A DNA stretch of 64,000 bases from Macrostomum lignano (lineage: Eukaryota). The DNA lies in assembly GCA_002269645.1 (NCBI GenBank), contig NIVC01002905.1:1-64000 (forward strand). The letters are read 5' to 3'. Under the pieces are notes generated by a model that was given only the letters and a program-made list of their open reading frames with translations, was not told the DNA's origin and did no database searches. Position 1 is the stretch's first letter. Each line of letters starts with the position of its first letter. The position numbers and the translations under genes are program-made. This document shows, one piece after another, positions 56,401 to 64,000 of this stretch.

Positions 56401-59400
56401 TCAATGAATCTATCAAGTTGGTCAAGGTCAAGGACTCATAGACTATTTACGAGTGCGTAAATAGTCTATGGCACGAGTGCGCCAAGACTATTTACGCACT
56501 CGAAACCTAGAGATAAATCTACCATTGTCGGCTGATTTTCCATGCAGGAATCATTCATTCCTTCGCAGAAAATCAGCCGACAATGATTACTTACTTGATT
56601 TATCTAAGTTTTATGACACCCTGACTAAGGACAATGAAACAACTTACGACCGAAATCAAGACGAAACAAAAAAAACAAATCAAGATTCGATACTGCGTTT
56701 TGATACTTTCCGCATGAAAAAAATATTCTGTCTTTTACTTTTAAAACTCTCTGGAGGACGTTTCATAACTAACAGCAGTGACAAGAATCTGTTGAACGAA
56801 TCAGCTTGCCACAAGAGTGTTAGAACAATCTTCGAGGCCTTGCAAAAGTTTATCCTCACCTTGACGAGGTGCAGCCGGCCATTCGAAGCTCTTGTAGTCA
56901 GTATGAGATGATTTGTAAACAGAAACACCTGTCGGGCGGCTTCCTTCTTTGAGTCCTTGCCAAAGGTTGAACTGAACGAGCCGAGTCTAGGCCTGATGCG
57001 CTGTTTGTCTGGCCCCATCACCTGGGTCAGAGTGCCCTGTCGCACAAAGATCTGATTCACGTCCAACAAGATGTCGCAGCCTTCAACAATCGTCCGTTCG
57101 ATGGCAAGATTTTTACGAATATTCTCCGTTTCGGAGACCTCGTCGTGCATCACGTGGGACAGATTCTCCAGCTTGCTGTTGGCGAACTCCAGCTGCTGTC
57201 GGTCGACGTGATCGTGCGGCGTGTGAGCCAGCAGCTCGTGCAGGGTGATGATGTAGCGAGGTATCTGATGCATCGGATAGGTGAGAAGTGTATCAAGGCT
57301 GCGACCTTCGCACACCGGTCGATCCTCGTAGCGCTTCAGCAGGGCGGCAAACTCTGGCTTCTGCTTGTACTCGGCCAGCACCTGCAGGCTGAAATGGTGA
57401 TTGCGGACGTACTCCTGGTAGATGGCCAGCATGGGCAGCAGCATGTCGAACAGGTCGCCCAGCTGAAGAGTTGGCCAATTGTCCATTTTGCTGTTCAGAC
57501 CCTGCAAGAATATCTGGTGCAAGAAGAGCAGCGTCTCTCTGGAATCGGAATGGATGGTTTATTAGACATTTCTTCGTATCGACAATAATACTGTAAGTAG
57601 TAACGCAGTAATAAGAAGCTAAAAATTGGCATACATGCATCATTGTTAGTGCTGAATAGCACTGAATCCATCATAAACCCAAAATATCCCAAACCCGAAA
57701 TATCATAGCTTCAAAACTTAAATTACCGTTGGCTAGAACTTTCGGAGCTATGAAATTTCAGGTTTGTGACGGGCGTTGCTATTTCGGTTTTCGGAGTTTT
57801 GCTTTTTCGGGTTTGCGACATTTCGGGTTTATGATATTTCGGGTTTATGATATTTCGGGTTTATGATATTTCGGGTTAATGATATTTCGGGTTTATGATA
57901 TTTCGGGTTTATGATATTTCGGGTTTATGATATTTCGGGTTTATAGATATTTCGGGTTTATGATATTTCGGGTTTATGATATTTCGGGTTTAGGATATTT
58001 TGGGTTTGTGATATTTCGGGTTTCTGATATTTCGGGTTTATGATATTTCGGGTTTTTGATATATCGGGTTTATGATATTTCGGGTTAATGATATTTCGGG
58101 TTTATGATATTTCGGGTTTATGATATTTCGGGTTTAGGATATTTTGGGTTTGTGATATTTCGGGTTTATGATATTTCGGGTTTATAAATATTTCGGGTTT
58201 ATGATATATCGGGTTTATGATATTTCGGGTTAATGATATTTCGGGTTTATGATATTTCGGGTTTATGATATTTCGGGTTTATGATAATTCGGGTTTATGA
58301 TATTTCTGGTTTATAGATATTCCGGTTTATGATATTTCGGGTTTATGATATTTCGGGTTTAGGATATTTTGGGTTTGTGATATTTCGGGTTTATGATATT
58401 TCGGGTTTATGATATTTCGGGTTTATGATATATCGGGTTTATGATATTTCGGGTTTATAGATATTTCGGGTTTATGATATTTCGGGTTTATGATATTTCG
58501 GGTTTAGGATATTTTGGGTTTGTGATATTTCGGGTTTATGATATTTCGGGTTTATAGATATTTCGGGTTAATGATATTTCGAATTTGTGATATTTCGGGT
58601 TAATGATATTTCGAGTTTGTGATATTTCGGGTTTATGATATTTCGAGTTTATGATATATCGAGTTTTGTGACATTTTGGGTTTATGATATTTCGGGTTTA
58701 TGATATTTCGGGTTTATAGATATTTCGGGTTTATGATATATCGGGTTTATGATATTTCGGGTTAATGATATTTCGGGTTTATGATATTTCGGGTTTATGA
58801 TATTTCGGGTTTATGATATTTCGGGTTTATGATATTTCGGGTTTATAGATATTTCGGGTTTATGATATTTCGGGTTTATGATATTTCGGGTTTAGGATAT
58901 TTTGGGTTTGTGATATTTCGGGTTTATGATATTTCGGGTTTATAGATATTTCGGGTTTATGATAGATCGGGTTTATGATATTTCGGGTTAATGATATTTC
59001 GGGTTTATGATATTTCGGGTTTATGATATTTCGGGTTTATGATATTTCGGGTGTAGGATATTTTGGGTTTGTGATATTTCGGGTTTATGATATTTCGGGT
59101 TTATAGATATTTCGGGTTAATGATATTTCGAGTTTGTGATATTTCGGGTTAATGATATTTCGAGTTTGTGATATTTCGGGTTAATGATATTTCGAGTTTG
59201 TGATATTTCGGGTTTATGATATTTCGAGTTTATGATATATCGAGTTTTGTGACATTTTGGGTTTATTATATTTCGAATTTATAATATTTCGGGTTTATGA
59301 TATTTCTGGTTTATGATGAAAAGTGCATTCGAAGTTGCGATTTTTCGGGTTTGTGATGGCGACCCCCTTTAACCCCTAACCACTACGGCAAAAGTCACGA

Positions 59401-62400
59401 GACGCCTCACGCGTTCAGAAAGATGGAGTTCACGTCCTCGTGAGAGATGATCGGCTTTCGAGCAGAGGCGGCCATTTTGAATGGGCGCAGAAAGCAGGAC
59501 ACGAGGACACTGATCTGCTGCACGTACTCTTGCTCGCACTCTACCAGCCCGAACACGATGCCATTTCGCTTGCGCATGTGCTCAGCGTGCTCAGATTTGA
59601 TGTACATTTCCACTATCTGCTTCCAGCGCCTTCGGCACAGCCAGCCGCGGAAGAAGGATTGCACCTGGGAGGCCTTGAGAAATTGAAATGAGCTAGGTAT
59701 TAGTTGAACTGGTGTACGTTACTTTACCATTCTCCCACTGAGTGTCTCCTTTTCCATTGAGTATCTCCTTCTCCCACTTTCCATCTCCCGCTGAGTATCT
59801 AATTATCCCGCTGAGTATCTAATTCTCCCACTGAGTATCTAATTCTCCCGCTGAGTATCTAATTCTCCCGCTGAGTATCTCATTCTCCCGCTGAGTATCT
59901 AATTCTTCCACTGAGTATCTAATTCTCCCGCTGAGTATCTAATTCTCCCATTGAGTATCTAATTCTCCCACTGAGTATCTAATTCTCCCGCTGAGTATCT
60001 AATTCTCCCGCTGAGTATCTAATTCTTCCACTGAGTATCTAATTCTCCCGCTGAGTATCTAATTCTCCCATTGAGTATCTCCTTCTCCCACTGAGTATCT
60101 AATTCTCCCATTGAGTATCTAATTCTTCCACCGAGTATCTAATTCTCCCACTGAGTATCTAATTCTTCCACCGCGTATCTAATTATCCCACTGAGTATCT
60201 AATTCTCCCACTGAGTATCTAATTATCCCGCTGAGTATCTAATTATCCCGCTGAGTATCTAATTCTTCCACTGAGTATCTAATTATCCCACTGAGTATCT
60301 AATTCTCCCACTGAGTATCTAATTATCCCGCCGAGTATCTAATTATCCCGCTGAGTATCTAATTCTTCCACTGAGTATCTAATTATCCCACTGAGTATCT
60401 AATTATCCCACTGAGTATCTAATTATCCCACTGAGTATCTAATTATCCCACTGAGTATCTAATTATCCCACTGAGTATCTAATTATCCCGCTGAGTATCT
60501 AATTCTCCCACTGAGTATCTAATTCTCCCGCTGAGTATCTAATTCTCCCACTGAGTATCTAATTCTCCCACTGAGTATATAATTCTTCCACCGAGTATCT
60601 AATTCTCCCACTGAGTATCTAATTCTTCCACCGCGTATCTAATTATCCCACTGAGTATCTAATTCTCCCACTGAGTATCTAATTCTCCCACTGAGTATCT
60701 AAGTATCCCGCTGAGTATCTAATTATCCCGCTGAGTATCTAATTCTTCCACTGAGTATCTAATTATCCCACTGAGTATCTAATTATCCCACTGAGTATCT
60801 AATTATCCTACTGAGTATCTAATTATCCCACTGAGTATCTAATTATCCCACTGAGTATCTAATTATCCCGCTGAGTATCTAATTCTCCCACTGAGTATCT
60901 AATTCTCCCATTGAGTATCTCCTTCTCCCACTGAGTATCTAATTCTCCCATTGAGTATCTAATTCTTCCACCGAGTATCTAATTCTCCCGCTGAGTATCT
61001 AATTCTCCCACTGAGTATCTAATTCTCCCACTGAGTATCTAATTATCCCGCTGAGTATCTAATTATCCCGCTGAGTATCTAATTCTTCCACTGAGTATCT
61101 AATTATCCCACTGAGTATCTAATTCTCCCACTGAGTATCTAATTATCCCGCTGAGTATCTAATTCTCCCATTGAGTATCTAATTCTTCCACCGAGTATCT
61201 AATTCTCCCGCTGAGTATCTAATTCTCCCACTGAGTATCTAATTCTCCCACTGAGTATCTAATTATCCCGCTGAGTATCTAATTATCCCGCTGAGTATCT
61301 AATTCTTCCACTGAGTATCTAATTATCCCACTGAGTATCTAATTCTCCCACTGAGTATCTAATTATCCCGCTGAGTATCTAATTATCCCGCTGAGTATCT
61401 AATTCTTCCACTGAGTATCTAATTGACCCACTGAGTATCTAATTATCCCACTGAGTATCTAATTATCCCACTGAGTATCTAATTATCCCACTGAGTATCT
61501 AATTATCCCACTGAGTATCTAATTATCCCGCTGAGTATCTAATTCTCCCACTGAGTATCTAATTCTCCCGCTGAGTATCTAATTCTCCCACTGAGTATCT
61601 AATTCTCCCATTGAGTATCTCCTTCTCCCACTGAGTATCTCCTTTTCCGACTGAGTATCTCCTTTTCCCACTGAGTATCTCCTTCTCCCACTGAGTATCT
61701 CTTTCAATCCATCCATAATCTGAATCTTCAATAACATTTTCAGAAACCTTAACGCCAAACCCTAGAGAAAAAATAGAATCAACTTTGCGGGATTTTTCAA
61801 TTAAAAATCGTCTTTAATTAATCTGAAAAGCCCCTTTCATTGAAATTAAAAACCCCACACATTCTTGTTTCCACCCTCCCTTCGCTTTCCCGCTATCGCC
61901 AGACAAAATCCCAGGATACAATTTCCTTGGCTTTAATCAAAATTTGTCCAGCCATTTTCTTTGAGGGAAACCGTTTACTCTGATCCCATCTGCAATTTAT
62001 ATTCCAATTCTGTATCCAATTTCGTAAAGAGCTAGTAGCTTTCTTGTGAGTGCCTCGATTGAAATTATTGATAATTTTTTTTCATATACAACCCGCCGTT
62101 TCACAACCTTCTTGCTTCGGCGCAGCTCTTCTGATTCCTCGACTGACGATTGGGACGATTGGCTTCGACCCAGCTGGCTGCCGATGCGTTTTGCGCCTTT
62201 TAACTGCAAATTAAGTGGCGGATAGAGTTAGACAGTTTTTTGTAAAGAGTGATTTGACCTGTAGTCTATGGTAATTCGAAAATCAATCTCAATATAGACA
62301 ACCAAAGTTAGAAGGACGTTATACTTGTGAATATTGCGCGTTTTACAAAAGAGCAGCACAACCGCATATCAGTGGGGAGGAGACAGGGAGAGGTAGGGGA

Positions 62401-63790
62401 AGAGAGGGAGGACAGGGAGGGAGAGAGAGGGAGGGAGAGAGAGGGGGAGGGAGGGAGGAAGATGAAGAGGAAGGTAGAGGGAGGAGAAAGAGAAAGAGAG
62501 GGGGAGAGGAAGGGAGGAAGGGAGAGAGGGGGAGATGGTGAGACGAACGAGATCTTCTGGGCATGTTGGCCGAGCAGGTTATTTTAGGGACTAAAAAGTT
62601 GCACAATATTCATTAAAGCTCGTAGTCACTAATTCAGCAAGACGAATGGTCATACTTGGCTAACACGATAGCAATTCCTTGCGCTACTGATGGTAATTTT
62701 CGTATTTTTTTACGAACTTTTAAAATGGATGACACCAATAAATGTGACCAACCTCTCGAATTTCCATACGAAGTTTCCGCACCTCGCTACCCAGCTCCTC
62801 AGTCTGCTGGACGTAGTTCCATTTTGATCGGCGCTCGCTCTCCAAGATGTGCATCAAATGCTGGTGCTTCTGGTCCAGCTCCTCCTTCAGCTCCTGGAGC
62901 CGACTGTAGCTGAAAATATTATTATTTGGTGATTTCGTTACAATGACGTCGATTCGCGATTGATTTATGCAGCTGAACAATCCAGAAAGACGGGATCATT
63001 AGCGATAGGCCACCTGTTGCATTAAGTTTTCTTTATTTATTCTTCTGACGCGCACAAGAAGAACAGCTGCTTAACGATTTCAACTTCGTATATTTGTCAG
63101 GCCGTTTACAAACTGCATGGCGTGCCTTCATTAATGTGTAACTGATCCATGAGCCTTGCCCTTCCTTTCTTTCTTTCTCCTTTCTTTCTCTTCTACCTCT
63201 GTAGAGCCCCACCTCACTTCCCTATCTATCCCGTGCATTCCTACCCCTTCAGAGCGCCACCTCACTTCCTTATCTATCCCGTGCATTCCTACCCCTTCAG
63301 AGCGCCACCTCACTCCCTTATCTATCTCGTGCATTCCTACCCCATTCAGAGCGCCACCTCACTCCCTTATCTATCCCGTGCATTCCTACCCCTTCAGAGC
63401 GCCACCTCACTCCCTTATCTATCCCGTGAATTCCTATCCCTTCAGAGCGCCACCTCACTCCCTTATCTATCCCGTGCATTCCTACCCCTTCAGAGCGCCA
63501 CCTCACTCCCTTATCTATCCCGTGCATTCCTACCCCTTCAGAGCGCCACCTCACTCCCTTATCTATCCCGTGCATTCCTACCCCTTCAGAGCGCCACCTC
63601 ACTCCCTTATCTATCCCGTGCATTCCTACCCCTTCAGAGCGCCACCTCACTCCCTTATCTATCCCGTGCATTCCTATCCCTTCAGAGCGCCACCTCACTC
63701 CTGTAAGCACTGAAATCGTGCTTACATCGAAGCGAAAAAACAACGGCCTCCTCTCGTCTCGACCGGTTCTATCCAGCCAGAGCAGCTGTA
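50417..63790 (-). CDS. RASGRF: Ras guanine-nucleotide releasing factor (RasGRF; coiled coil-IQ-DH-PH-REM-CDC25), multi-exon, 5' end outside the window
   Basis: IQ: [17 protein letters not shown]: [50 protein letters not shown]2 end: [14 protein letters not shown]: [26 protein letters not shown] and [13 protein letters not shown]25: [45 protein letters not shown]. Last exon 50417-50554 (YLLD..SLLLEPR). Confidence 0.95.
57805..59358. repeat. 16-bp intronic minisatellite (ATGATATTTCGGGTTT), roughly 90 copies
   Basis: Direct reading. Confidence 0.98.
59737..61700. repeat. 20-bp intronic minisatellite (CTGAGTATCTAATTCTCCCA variants), roughly 95 copies
   Basis: Direct reading. Confidence 0.98.
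62366..62540. repeat. GA-rich polypurine tract
   Basis: Direct reading. Confidence 0.9.
63205..63701. repeat. 48-bp intronic minisatellite (~10 copies)
   Basis: Unit CCCTTCAGAGCGCCACCTCACTCCCTTATCTATCCCGTGCATTCCTAC. Confidence 0.97.
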
Positions 63791-64000
63791 CACTAAAGGG
63801 CAGATAACAAATCTGAGGTTCGAAGGCCAAGCCAGCAGCCTGCGAACGCGTGACACAGTGGACTCGCAGCAATGCTTTGGGGGGGTAAAGGGTTGCCTAA
63901 CAATGGGACAGAGAAAAATGCTCGAGCGAAAACCCTGCCCCGCTCAAACTATGCATTGCTCTTCATTTTGTCAACTAAACCAGTTTGCTTGCTTGACTAT

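Noticed and set aside
63131-63872. 185-aa repeat ORFs
   Set aside because: Frames of a 48-bp intronic minisatellite. Only the short [20 protein letters not shown] segment (~63726-63785) is plausibly a RasGRF exon.

Overview
Eukaryotic (animal) genomic DNA with spliceosomal introns and many micro- and minisatellites. The gene style (poly-Q/A/S, short introns, GGCGCC minisatellites) resembles a free-living flatworm such as Macrostomum; that is an inference. Bases 1-12755 are the right-hand part of a Polinton/Maverick (adintovirus-like) endogenous virus. It carries a protein-primed PolB on +. A tightly packed minus-strand block holds a tandem-PC4 protein, chromodomain integrase, penton, Lys/Arg-rich core protein, major capsid protein, adenain protease, packaging ATPase, two conserved small genes, a DEDD-like nuclease and a TATA-binding-protein-like gene. 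The element ends in hairpin tandem repeats and the canonical ACTACT-3' terminus. The most striking feature is that it encodes two RNA-polymerase-II general-factor homologues (TBP and PC4), with the same GTATATAAG box upstream of the PC4 gene and of the nuclease/TBP pair. All four internal frameshifts in core genes are single-base losses, three clearly in homopolymers, so the element may be intact. The rest is host DNA: a 15-exon STRA6-like gene, a small secreted prepropeptide gene, an intronless RIM-BP-like gene with 84-bp repeats, ZC3H10, a decayed intron-containing Crypton-like tyrosine recombinase with palindromic CCATAGAC...GTCTATGG elements, an internally deleted Tc1/mariner element and a RasGRF gene running off the right edge. 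All family assignments come from manual motif recognition; no database searches were run.
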